Shown piece after piece: positions 48,343 to 59,782 of a stretch of DNA of 64,000 bases; position 1 is the stretch's first letter; each line of letters starts with the position of its first letter. This stretch comes from Chloroflexota bacterium. Its GTDB lineage: Bacteria > Chloroflexota > Anaerolineae > DUEN01. A model generated the notes under the pieces. That model saw nothing but the letters and a program-made list of their open reading frames with translations, did not search any database and had not been told where the DNA came from. The stretch is from positions 14,408 to 78,407 of the forward strand of contig JAADGJ010000037.1 in the NCBI GenBank assembly GCA_013152435.1. Reading direction: 5' to 3'. Position numbers and translations under genes: made by a program.

Positions 48343-49617
48343 ATGAGCTACATGAACTATATGAGAGATGCAAGGCATTCTCCCGGGAAAGCACCGATGA
48401 AAGTGCTGATCCTGATATCCGAAACCGGCGGTGGACACCGGAGCGCCGCCCAGGCCCTGGCCGAGGGGTTTCAGGCCCGCCTGGGCGACCGCGTCGATGT
48501 GATCATCGTGGATCTGATCGCTCAGCACACCTTCTGGCCGTTGAATCAGATACGACACACCTACCGCCCCATCGTGAACGATGCAGAGTGGCTCTGGAGG
48601 ACGCTCTGGCATCTGGGAGAGAGTTCCCTGGTGCTCCGGGCGATAGAAACCGTCTTCTCGTCATTGACGTACCGACCGGTGGGAGCCTACTTCCGGCAGC
48701 AAGCCCCGGACCTGGTGGTGACCGTACATCCGCTGATCAACCACGCTGCCCTGCGGGTGTTGCGACGCGCGGGCCTGGATGTCCCCTTCGCCACGGTCGT
48801 GACCGATCTGGTCACGGCACCCCCCGCCTGGTTCTGCCCGGAGGTGGACCTTTGTTGCGTGCCCACGGAGGCCGCCCGATCGCGAGCGGTCCAACACGGG
48901 ATGCCGCCGGATCGCGTCGTGGTCACCGGGATGCCCGTCGGCCTGAAGTTCCGCCGGCCACCCGGGGGCCATGAGCAGCAGGCCGCCATGCGTCGCCGTC
49001 TCGGCCTCCGCCCGGAGCTGCCCACCGTGCTCATCGTGAGCGGCGGGGAGGGCATGGGCCCCGTCGAGCCCATCGCCACGGCCGTGGCCGACGCGCTGGC
49101 CCGGAGCATGACGGCCCAGATGATCATCATCGGCGGGCGGAATCGGGCGCTGGTCGAGCGACTGCGAAGGCGGAGCTGGCCCATCCCCGTAACCATCCAG
49201 GGGTTTGTACACAACATGCCTGACTGGATGCTCGCGTCCGATTGCATCGTCACCAAAGCTGGCCCTGGCACCATCAGTGAGGCGCTCATCATGGGCCTCC
49301 CCATCGTCCTCAGCGGGTTCATCCCCGGCCAGGAGGAGGGGAACGTCCCCTACGTCGTCGAGAACGGGGTCGGAGCCTACGCCGAGGAGCCGGAGGAGAT
49401 CGCCCGGATCGTCGCCGACTGGCTACACCCCGACAACCCGGATCTATCACGCATGAAGGCGCGAGCCCGAGCGATGGCCCGCCCCGACGCCACGTTGACC
49501 ATCGTCGATCAGCTGCTGGAGCTGGCCTCCCGCGCAGGGACGGGATCATCCCTGCCGGCCGATCTACCCGCGCGCCGCCCGTCGCCGGCCAGCCACAGGC
49601 AGATTCCCGCCCTGTGA
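48343..49617 (+). CDS. MGDG-synthase-family (GT28, UgtP-like) diacylglycerol glycosyltransferase
   Basis: KVLILISETGGGHRSAAQALAEGF is the N-terminal motif of the MGDG synthase family. C-terminal GT28 region (TKAGPGTISEALIMGLPIVLSGFIPGQEEGNV). Start at the ATG at 48343 after GAGGAAG; the ATG at 48397 is also possible. The track start 48181 lies inside the upstream terminator. Confidence 0.8.
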   Translation: MSYMNYMRDARHSPGKAPMKVLILISETGGGHRSAAQALAEGFQARLGDRVDVIIVDLIAQHTFWPLNQIRHTYRPIVNDAEWLWRTLWHLGESSLVLRAIETVFSSLTYRPVGAYFRQQAPDLVVTVHPLINHAALRVLRRAGLDVPFATVVTDLVTAPPAWFCPEVDLCCVPTEAARSRAVQHGMPPDRVVVTGMPVGLKFRRPPGGHEQQAAMRRRLGLRPELPTVLIVSGGEGMGPVEPIATAVADALARSMTAQMIIIGGRNRALVERLRRRSWPIPVTIQGFVHNMPDWMLASDCIVTKAGPGTISEALIMGLPIVLSGFIPGQEEGNVPYVVENGVGAYAEEPEEIARIVADWLHPDNPDLSRMKARARAMARPDATLTIVDQLLELASRAGTGSSLPADLPARRPSPASHRQIPAL

Positions 49618-49625
49618 ACGCGCCA

Positions 49626-49647
49626 CGGCCGCCCCGCAGGGCGGCCG
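49626..49647. terminator. hairpin between convergent GT28 and mutS2 genes
   Basis: CGGCCGCCC-CGCA-GGGCGGCCG, a 9-bp GC stem followed by CTCTTATC. Confidence 0.55.
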
Positions 49648-49716
49648 CTCTTATCATCGACTTTGCGCGCTCCGGAAGGAGCGGCAGCATCGCGCCGCCC
49701 CTCGTCCGACCACTCC

Positions 49717-52173
49717 TCAATCCCGGCTGACCAGCCGCACGATGGTCACGCCATCCCCTCCCTCCCCCTGCTCGCCGGAGCGCATGTCCGCAACCAGGGG
49801 GTGCTGCGCCAGCGCCTCACGCACGGCGCGACGCAGTGCGCCGGTCCCCTTGCCGTGGATGATGCGCACCCAGGGAAGCCCGGCCAGATACGCGTCGTCC
49901 AGATATTTCTCCAGCCGGGGCAGCATCTCGTCGACCGTCTGGCCGCGCAGATCCAGCTCTATCCCCGGAGAGGCCGGAGGGCGCTTCCGGCCGGGGGGCG
50001 GAGCCACAGGCACGGGGACGGCCTCCTGCTCACGTCGTTCCAGACGGGAGAGGGGCAGTCGCGTGCGGAACGCGCCGATCTGCACCTCCGCCGTCTCGCC
50101 ATCCGGGTCCAGGGCGACGATCTGGCCGGTGGATTGCAGCGAGGGGATCCAGACGGTCTCCCCCTCGCGGAGGGGAGGCTCCTGCCCCCGCTCCTGTCGC
50201 TGCTCGACGGACTCCTCGACGGTCACCATCTCCTGGGCGCGGCGGGCTAGCTCGGCTTCCGCCTCGGCCAGGAGCTGTTCATGCAAGGACCCTCCCGCCT
50301 GGATCACGGACAGCCGTCGCTTGAGGCGGGCGATCTCAGCCCGCACGGCCTCCAACTCCTCCTGGGCGATCGACCGGGCCTCATTGATCACCTCCCGGCG
50401 CGCCTCCTCGATCCGCGCCAGTCGGTAGCGCAGGTCGGCCTCCAGCGCCTGGGCCGCGCGCAGCTTCCGCCCCGCCTCGGCCAGCATCGCCTGGGCCTCA
50501 TCGCGAGCGCGCTTGATCTCGGCCAGGAGGGAGTCCGCCTGAAGCGAGGTCGGGGATACCATGGCCTCCGCCTCCGCCACGATCTCCGGGTTCAGCCCCA
50601 GTCGGCGGGCGATGGCCAGGGCGTTGGACCGCCCGGGAAGCCCGATGCTCAACTTGTAGGTCGGCGATAGCGTCTCAATATCGAACTCCACGCTGGCATT
50701 GCGCACCCCTGGCGTGCTATGGGCGAAAACCTTCAGCTCCGTGTAGTGCGTGGTCGCCAGGGTGGTAATGCGATGCCGCAGCAGGTAGGAGAGCAGCGCC
50801 CGGGCCAGCGCGGAGCCCTCCTCCGGATCGGTGCCGGCCCCCAGCTCGTCCAACAACACCAGGCTGCGCTCGTTCGCCCGGTCCAGGATGCGGATGATGT
50901 TGGACATGTGCGAGGAGAACGTGGATAGCGACTGCTCAATCGACTGCTCATCCCCGATGTCAGCGTAGATCCCCTGGAAGACGGTGAGCCGGGAGTCCTC
51001 CGCGACCGGGATGTGGAGCCCGGCCTGGGCCATCAACGCCAGCAGCCCCACCGTCTTCAGCGCCACCGTCTTGCCGCCCGTATTGGGGCCGGTGATGACC
51101 AGGATGAAGTAGTCATCCCCCAGATGCACATCGATCGGGACCACCGTTTCCGGGTCGAGCAGGGGATGCCGCGCACGCTTCAGGTCGATCACCGATCCGG
51201 GATGCTGGATCCCCTCCTCACGCCCGTTCTCCCGGCCGGAATCCTGCGCCCGCCGTCCGTGGCGGGGGCGACGCGGCCGACGGAAGGGGACGAGCTCCGG
51301 TGCACGGGCCTCCAGTTGCTCCGCGTACCGGGCCTTGGCGAAGATGAGGTCTAGCTCGGCCAGCGCCTCCACAGTACGCTGGACGTAGACGGCCTCGTCG
51401 GCGACCAACTCGGTGAGCTGCAGGAGGATACGACGAACCTCCTTGTCCTCCTCCAGCTGCTTCTCCCGCCAGCGATTGTTCAGCTCCACCGCGGCCAGGG
51501 GCTCGATGAAGAGGGTCGCGCCGGACGCGGACTGATCGTGGATCAGCCCGGGGATCCGTCCCTTGAACTCAGCACGCAGAGGGATCACATACCTCCCCTG
51601 GCGTTGCGTGACGATGGGCTCCTGAAGGTACGCCGCGTTGGCGGGGGACGAGACGATGCGCTCCAGCAGCGCGATCAGCCGCTCGTGGGCGATGCGCTTC
51701 TCGCTCCGTATGCGGGCCAGGGCCGGCGAGGCGCTGTCCATCACCTCGCCGCGCTCATTGATGCACCGCCCGATCTCATCGATGAGAGGCTCGCACGGCT
51801 CGATCCGGGCGGCGATGGTCGCCAGCCGCGGGAACTGGCCGCGCAGGCGGGTCAGCGTGCGCTGAATCGAGCGGGCACGCAAAAGGGTGCTGCGAATGTT
51901 CAGGAAATCCGTGGGAAGCAAGATGGCGGACCGCTCCGCCTGCGGCAGCAACGGGCGCACGTCGTGCACGCCGCCCATGTGAACATCCGTCTTCTGCTCC
52001 AACAGCGAGCGCGCCTCGGCGGTCTGCGCCTGCAGCTCACGGGCCAGTTGCGGATCCTCCGTAGGCCTGAGGGCCAGGGCCAGCTCACGCCCGGCGGAGA
52101 AGCTGGTGTGCTCCGCCAACCGCTCCAGGATTTTATCAAATTCCAGCGTGTGTAAAGCCTTCTCGTCCATCAT
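49717..52173 (-). CDS. mutS2: endonuclease MutS2 (MutS-type ATPase + Smr domain)
   Basis: ITGPNTGGKTVALKTVGL (Walker A), LVLLDELGAGTDPEEG, and a C-terminal Smr domain (LDLRGQTVDEMLPRLEKYLDDAYLAGLPWVRIIHGKGTGALR). Start set at MMDEKAL (52173) because a promoter lies between it and the track start 52215. Confidence 0.9.
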   Translation of the reverse strand: MMDEKALHTLEFDKILERLAEHTSFSAGRELALALRPTEDPQLARELQAQTAEARSLLEQKTDVHMGGVHDVRPLLPQAERSAILLPTDFLNIRSTLLRARSIQRTLTRLRGQFPRLATIAARIEPCEPLIDEIGRCINERGEVMDSASPALARIRSEKRIAHERLIALLERIVSSPANAAYLQEPIVTQRQGRYVIPLRAEFKGRIPGLIHDQSASGATLFIEPLAAVELNNRWREKQLEEDKEVRRILLQLTELVADEAVYVQRTVEALAELDLIFAKARYAEQLEARAPELVPFRRPRRPRHGRRAQDSGRENGREEGIQHPGSVIDLKRARHPLLDPETVVPIDVHLGDDYFILVITGPNTGGKTVALKTVGLLALMAQAGLHIPVAEDSRLTVFQGIYADIGDEQSIEQSLSTFSSHMSNIIRILDRANERSLVLLDELGAGTDPEEGSALARALLSYLLRHRITTLATTHYTELKVFAHSTPGVRNASVEFDIETLSPTYKLSIGLPGRSNALAIARRLGLNPEIVAEAEAMVSPTSLQADSLLAEIKRARDEAQAMLAEAGRKLRAAQALEADLRYRLARIEEARREVINEARSIAQEELEAVRAEIARLKRRLSVIQAGGSLHEQLLAEAEAELARRAQEMVTVEESVEQRQERGQEPPLREGETVWIPSLQSTGQIVALDPDGETAEVQIGAFRTRLPLSRLERREQEAVPVPVAPPPGRKRPPASPGIELDLRGQTVDEMLPRLEKYLDDAYLAGLPWVRIIHGKGTGALRRAVREALAQHPLVADMRSGEQGEGGDGVTIVRLVSRD

Positions 52174-52182
52174 AGCGCCGCC

Positions 52183-52211
52183 AGTATAACATAGCCGCGA
52201 GGGGTGACCAA
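52183..52211 (-). promoter_or_regulatory. sigma70-type promoter TTGGTC-17-TATACT (minus strand) placing the TSS at or within ~4 nt of the mutS2 ATG
   Basis: The reverse complement reads TTGGTCACCCCTCGCGGCTATGTTATACT. The -10 box ends 9 nt before the ATG at 52173. Confidence 0.5.
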
Positions 52212-52287
52212 ACATCCGATTCGCGGGGTAGTGTGTTCAAAATGGTGGAAATTCCGCGAGACGACCCACGACGCTCATCGCAAGCCC

Positions 52288-52515
52288 CCAGGGGGTGCGG
52301 AGGGAGGTCCCCTCGCTAAAATATCCTCTTTTCCGACCTGCACCGGCCCCTCCCGGCCTGATTCGGGTGGACGAGGCCGGGCAAGACAGGTGAGGGGCGG
52401 AAACCAAGAGGTTTCTTTTGAGGGGCTGCGCCCCTCAAAGCTCCCACCGCATTTCCACCCAAAAAGATACCCTACCGATGCGCGCTGGTGTATTCCTTTC
52501 GATGGATACACCATC
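52288..52515 (+). repeat. GC-rich hairpin-module repeat, copy 6 (body modules + extra hairpins)
   Basis: CAGGGGGTGCGGAGGGAGGTCCCCTC...CTCTTTTCCGACCTGCACC...GGCCTG-ATTCGGGTGGACGA-GGCCGG...CAGGTGAGGGGCGGAAAC...TTTGAGGGGCTGCGCCCCTCAAA, then GGTGTATTCCTTTCGATGGATACACC. It is collinear with copies 1 and 3. Confidence 0.8.
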
Positions 52516-52533
52516 GGCCCGCGGACGCGAAAC

Positions 52534-52555
52534 GGGGGAGCCGGCTGGCTCCCCC
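52534..52555 (-). terminator. hairpin terminator after gyrB
   Basis: GGGGGAGCC-GGCT-GGCTCCCCC, 27 nt after the gyrB stop. The minus-strand tail is GTTTCG. Confidence 0.55.
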
Positions 52556-52581
52556 GATCACTTCCACACCGGTCTGAACGA

Positions 52582-55520
<2,939 letters not shown>

Positions 55521-55580
55521 ATTTTACCATGTCAGGCCCTTTAAGCGAAATATGGGGAAGGAAGACGTTCCTGCATCCCT

Positions 55581-55609
55581 ATTTTACCAGAACATTTGTT
55601 TTACGTCAA
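55581..55609 (-). promoter_or_regulatory. sigma70-type promoter TTGACG-17-TAAAAT (minus strand) for the membrane-protein/gyrB unit
   Basis: The reverse complement reads TTGACGTAAAACAAATGTTCTGGTAAAAT, in an AT-richer divergent region. Confidence 0.6.
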
Positions 55610-55739
55610 GTAATAAAAGCTCTGATTTCGGGGGATCTCCCCATGGGTGTTGCCGGGGCAGGCAGCGACAGATCAATCCCCCGCCTGGGAAAAGGCCCAC
55701 AGAACGAGCCCAATCCTTTCCCCACAACGCCTCGCCCGT

Positions 55740-55768
55740 TTGACAATCCAGCGCCGTAGCGGTAGACT
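55740..55768 (+). promoter_or_regulatory. sigma70-type promoter TTGACA-17-TAGACT for the TetR gene
   Basis: Consensus -35. The spacer and -10 region contain a CCGTAG...CCGTAG direct repeat (55755..55760 and 55770..55775), a candidate operator. Confidence 0.6.
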
Positions 55769-55789
55769 GACCGTAGTCACCTTTTTTGG

Positions 55790-56494
55790 ATGATTATGGA
55801 GACTCGATCCCAGAGCACCGCATCCAGGGGGAACGCAATGGCTCGGTCCAACTCGGTCGGCGTACGGGAGCGCAAGAAGCGGGAACGCAAGGAGCGCATC
55901 TACCGCGCGGCCCTACAACTCTTCCGGGAGAAGGGGTTCGAGAACACGACGGTAGAGGAGATCACGGACGCGGCACAGGTGGCCAAGGGCACGTTCTTCA
56001 ACTATTTCCCGACCAAGGAGGCTGTGCTGCTCTACCTTGGAGAACAGCAGCTAGGCGGGCTGCGCGCCCTGGCAGAGCTGCGCGTGTGGGACAACCTCCC
56101 CGTCGTCGAGCGCATCAAGCGCCTGCTCTGCTCCCTGGCGGATAGCGCCGAGGAGGATCGGGATCTGATGCGGCTGATGGTAACCCGGGCGCTGCGGGCG
56201 GGCGATCTGGTGGCCAACGGCAACGGCCGCTTCGGCCTGCGAGGCATCATGGCACTGCTGATCGCGCAGGGGCAACGCACCGGGGAGTTCCGGGACGACG
56301 TCCCGGCGGATGTGTTGGCGGGCCTCATCGAGGCCATGTATTTTCACGAGCTGCTCCAGTGGTGCACCAGCTCCGTCCCCTACGCGCTGAGCCACCGGTT
56401 GAAAGACCGGATAGACCTGCTGCTATCCGGTATCGCCCCCCAATCTCGCGTGATGTACTTAGAGCCACGAGCACAGGATGTCCTCTCGAACTGA
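55790..56494 (+). CDS. TetR/AcrR-family transcriptional regulator
   Basis: RKERIYRAALQLFREKGFENTTVEEITDAAQVAKGTFFNYFPTKE is a canonical TetR HTH. The start could be the ATG at 55838. Confidence 0.9.
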   Translation: MIMETRSQSTASRGNAMARSNSVGVRERKKRERKERIYRAALQLFREKGFENTTVEEITDAAQVAKGTFFNYFPTKEAVLLYLGEQQLGGLRALAELRVWDNLPVVERIKRLLCSLADSAEEDRDLMRLMVTRALRAGDLVANGNGRFGLRGIMALLIAQGQRTGEFRDDVPADVLAGLIEAMYFHELLQWCTSSVPYALSHRLKDRIDLLLSGIAPQSRVMYLEPRAQDVLSN

Positions 56495-57857
56495 CAGAGC
56501 GTGGTCTCGCGCCCCTCTGGGCGATCTGGCTACGGCCCCCCTTACCCCGCTCTCCTGGTCCCTGCTGCGTTCCGCCGGCGATCGCGCCCTGCGCCTCCTC
56601 GCGGAGGAACTGGAGCTCCCTCCCCCGCGGGGGACATGGCTCTCCCTGAGGGATGGCCTGCCGGGCGCGAACCTGGACGTGCTGAATGGCTTCGTCAGGT
56701 CGCTCCTGGGCACGGACACATGCCTTCCCTGGAGAAGCGGCACGGCACAGCCCGCCAGGACGGGATCCCTGCGCGCCCGGTGGCGCGCGCACAAAGAGCA
56801 ACAGCGCCGCTTGAAAGCCCTACGGCGCTTCGTGGATCAGCAATCCGATCCATCGAGACCGCAGCGCATCTGGTGGGAACACGTGAAGGCCATGGACTGG
56901 ATGCAGGCCACCCTTCTCCAGGTGATGGAGGAGGTGGAGACCCGGCTGGCGCGAGCGCTGCGCACCCTTTGGATGGCGGAATGGGGGCTGGCCTGGCTGC
57001 AAAGCCTGGGGGGAGCGCCAATCGTCCCCTCGAGCCCGACCGAGGACATGAAGATGTTGAGGCTCCTGCACGCGACCGCGACGGGTGGGCAGGAGATGAG
57101 CCTCTTCCTGGAGCGGTATGGGCATCGCGCTGCCGAAGAGCTTGAGCTATCCCACCCGCGCTGGCGAGAGGATGACGCCCCTGTGAGGGCTATCGCCAGA
57201 GCGCTGGCGACCGTCCCCACAATCCCGGAAGCGCCCCAGGGAGGAGAATCCCCTCGAAACGAGATCGAAGAGATGGCGGCTGCATTTTGGGCGCTGCGCC
57301 TGAACGCCCGCGCGGCGCTGGGATACGTGGCCGACGCCATCCGCGTCTGGACGGTGGCCGCCGCGCAGGAGGGCCTCACAGACGGCCGCCTGCGCGCTCC
57401 CCAGGACGTGTTCCTGCTGGAGATCGAGGAGCTGAAGCAGCTCCTGACGGGGGAGTGGAACGTGTCCCGCCGATCGGCGATCCATGACCTGTTAGCTCAC
57501 CGGAAACGAGCTGCCCCCTTGTCCCCGCTCGATCCACCGGAGGGCCTGCCGCGCACGGGATGGCCCGTATGGGAGGGAACGGTCACCGGGCCGGCACGCG
57601 TGCTGCGGCGGTTGGAGGACGGGGAACGCATCCAGCGCGGCGACGTGCTGATCCTCCCCTCCGGCGACCCCACCTGGGGGCTGCTGTTTCCGTTGGCAGG
57701 CGGAGTGGTGATCGAGTGCGGCACCCCCTACAGCGCGGCCGCCTTGCTGGCACAGGCATGGCGGCTGCCCAGCGTTGCCCACGTGCCGGGCATCTCGTCC
57801 ACATTGGGAGACGACCAGATGGTGACCATCGACGGGCCGGTGGTTCATTTTCGTTAG
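56478..57857 (+). CDS. PEP-utilizing-enzyme mobile (swivel) domain protein with large helical N-terminal domain; no ATP-grasp domain
   Basis: C-terminal GPARVLRRLEDGERIQRGDVLILPSGDPTWGLLFPLAGGVVIECGTPYSAAALLAQAWRLPSV matches the PEP-utilizer swivel fold pattern. It overlaps the TetR gene by 17 nt. Confidence 0.65.
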   Translation: MSSRTDRAWSRAPLGDLATAPLTPLSWSLLRSAGDRALRLLAEELELPPPRGTWLSLRDGLPGANLDVLNGFVRSLLGTDTCLPWRSGTAQPARTGSLRARWRAHKEQQRRLKALRRFVDQQSDPSRPQRIWWEHVKAMDWMQATLLQVMEEVETRLARALRTLWMAEWGLAWLQSLGGAPIVPSSPTEDMKMLRLLHATATGGQEMSLFLERYGHRAAEELELSHPRWREDDAPVRAIARALATVPTIPEAPQGGESPRNEIEEMAAAFWALRLNARAALGYVADAIRVWTVAAAQEGLTDGRLRAPQDVFLLEIEELKQLLTGEWNVSRRSAIHDLLAHRKRAAPLSPLDPPEGLPRTGWPVWEGTVTGPARVLRRLEDGERIQRGDVLILPSGDPTWGLLFPLAGGVVIECGTPYSAAALLAQAWRLPSVAHVPGISSTLGDDQMVTIDGPVVHFR

Positions 57858-57883
57858 ACGCGGCCTCCCCGCTGTGTTATAAT
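57854..57883 (+). promoter_or_regulatory. sigma70-type promoter TTAGAC-18-TATAAT upstream of the exosortase gene
   Basis: Read directly; TGT precedes the -10 box. It implies a ~310-nt leader. Confidence 0.55.
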
Positions 57884-58198
57884 CCCCCACGCTCGATAAG
57901 GGACCGATATCGGGCGGCAGTTTCCCATCGCCGTCCGCCGAAACCGGGCATCTTTCTCAGAGCATATCTGAGAAATGCTGAAAAGAAGAACCTCCAAGAC
58001 ACGAAGCCCCCAAGAGACGCGAATAGGGAGGCTCTCCCCTCAGCAGGGAGAAATCTGAAGCATTTTCAATACAACCCTTAGCGCCTTAGAACATCTTCGT
58101 GTCTTCGTAGTGAATGATCAGACACGCTCTCAGGGAGCTTTCTCCCTACGCGAATAAGCAAGGATTGCGCCCAGGAGGGCGCCAGAGGTGAGATCTCG

Positions 58199-59035
58199 AT
58201 GCAGCGGATAACCGCAGAGCGCGGCAGATGGTGGCAGGCCCTCGCGATCGGGATCCTGTTTCTCGTCATCGCGCTGCCCACGCTGCGCTGGCTGATCAAC
58301 GAGTGGTGGACCAACGACTACTACTCGCACGGCCTGCTGGTGCCGCCGATCGCCGCCTTCTTCGCCTGGCGGCTGTGGCCGGGCATCCGCCGTCGTCCAT
58401 CCAACATAGGGGTCATCGTGCTGGGGATCGGGGTGACCCTGTATCTGGGGGCACTGGTCAACCGGGCGTACTTCATCGCCAGCTTCGCCCTCATCATCCT
58501 GCTGGCCGGGCTGGTGTGGTTCCTGCTGGGGACCCAGGCCCTACGCCGGCTCGCGTTCCCGTTGGGGTTCCTGGTCTTCATGGTGCCCCTGCCCTTCGTC
58601 GAGGAGCAGACCCTGCCGTTGGCGCAGTTCACCGGCATGAGCTCCGGCTACCTGCTCCAGCTGTTCGGCGTAAACGTGGTCGTCAACGGCTTCCAGGTCT
58701 CCCTGCCGAACGCGAACCTGGTGGTGGGAGCCCAATGCAGCGGCATGCGATCGATCATCGCCCTGTTCACGCTGGTCGCCATCGCCATTTATGTGTTGCG
58801 GGGGCCGCTTTGGGGAAAGGTGGTCATGGCCCTGGCGACCGTCCCCATCGCCATCGTGGGCAACATCTTTCGAGTGGCCTCGCTATTGGTGGTCGCAAAC
58901 ATCTGGGGAGCCCAGGCGGGGTTCTCCTTCTACCATGACTACTCCGGGATCGTCTTCTTCCTGACGGCCTTCGGAGCCCTGCTGGCGCTGAGCCGGGTGG
59001 TCCAATGCCGAGAGATACGCGACGATATCTGGTAA
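58199..59035 (+). CDS. exosortase-family intramembrane transpeptidase
   Basis: 278 aa, 8 TM. N-terminal WWTNDYYSHGLLVPPIA, and candidate catalytic Cys (GAQCSGMRS), Arg (GNIFRVA) and His (FYHDYSG) in the order expected for exosortase/archaeosortase. Confidence 0.8.
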   Translation: MQRITAERGRWWQALAIGILFLVIALPTLRWLINEWWTNDYYSHGLLVPPIAAFFAWRLWPGIRRRPSNIGVIVLGIGVTLYLGALVNRAYFIASFALIILLAGLVWFLLGTQALRRLAFPLGFLVFMVPLPFVEEQTLPLAQFTGMSSGYLLQLFGVNVVVNGFQVSLPNANLVVGAQCSGMRSIIALFTLVAIAIYVLRGPLWGKVVMALATVPIAIVGNIFRVASLLVVANIWGAQAGFSFYHDYSGIVFFLTAFGALLALSRVVQCREIRDDIW

Positions 59036-59688
59036 CGCTCTTCATCCTGGCGCTCGCGGCCGCCGGGGTGCTGCTCATCAACCGGGGAGAGATGGTCCTC
59101 GGGCGTGAGCTGCTCAGCCGCGGCTACACGTATATCGTGGACATCGACAACTGGCGACGGACGCCGCGAGAGCGCGCCGTGCAGTCCCCATACAACTTCA
59201 GCCTGGAGTCCGATCTGAACGCGCTGCCGCTAACCGTGGGGGAATGGCAGGGGCGAGATGTCCCGATGACCAATCTGGAGGCGCTGATCCTGCTGGAGCC
59301 GGAGCAATACGTGCAACGGTTGTACAGCCGCCCGGATGGGCGCTACGTGTGGCTAAGCCTGATCGGCAGCCACAAATCGAAGAGCTTCCACTCCCCACAG
59401 ATCTGCTACACGGCCGATGGCTGGTCCACCGACGCCTCCTCCGAGCCCATCCCTTTACAGGAGGGGGAGATCTACGCGCTGCGCCTGGTCGCGACCAAGC
59501 CTCTCACCGAGGATCGACAGACGCACCACGTGGTCTTGTACTTCTACATCTGGCCCAGCACGACGCGCGACAACAGCCAGGGCCTGGTCCTCTTCAAAAC
59601 CACGTCCCCTCTCTATAACACCGTGGAGGAGACGTTGGAGATGCAGAAGGATTTCATCCGCGAGTTCTTCACCGCGGCACGGCCGTAA
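59005..59688 (+). CDS. exosortase-associated EpsI-family protein
   Basis: N-terminal TM segment, LPLTVGEWQGRDV, and FHSPQICYTADGW (HxPxxC...GW signature of EpsI). It overlaps the exosortase gene by 31 nt. Confidence 0.8.
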   Translation: MPRDTRRYLVTLFILALAAAGVLLINRGEMVLGRELLSRGYTYIVDIDNWRRTPRERAVQSPYNFSLESDLNALPLTVGEWQGRDVPMTNLEALILLEPEQYVQRLYSRPDGRYVWLSLIGSHKSKSFHSPQICYTADGWSTDASSEPIPLQEGEIYALRLVATKPLTEDRQTHHVVLYFYIWPSTTRDNSQGLVLFKTTSPLYNTVEETLEMQKDFIREFFTAARP

Positions 59689-59782
59689 CTCCTCCCCGGC
59701 CATGCCTCCCGCCGCACCCGGATCGAAGGTGCCGGAGCCGCTGAGCCCCCCAGCCCAGGACGAAAGATGCTGAGGGGATCCA

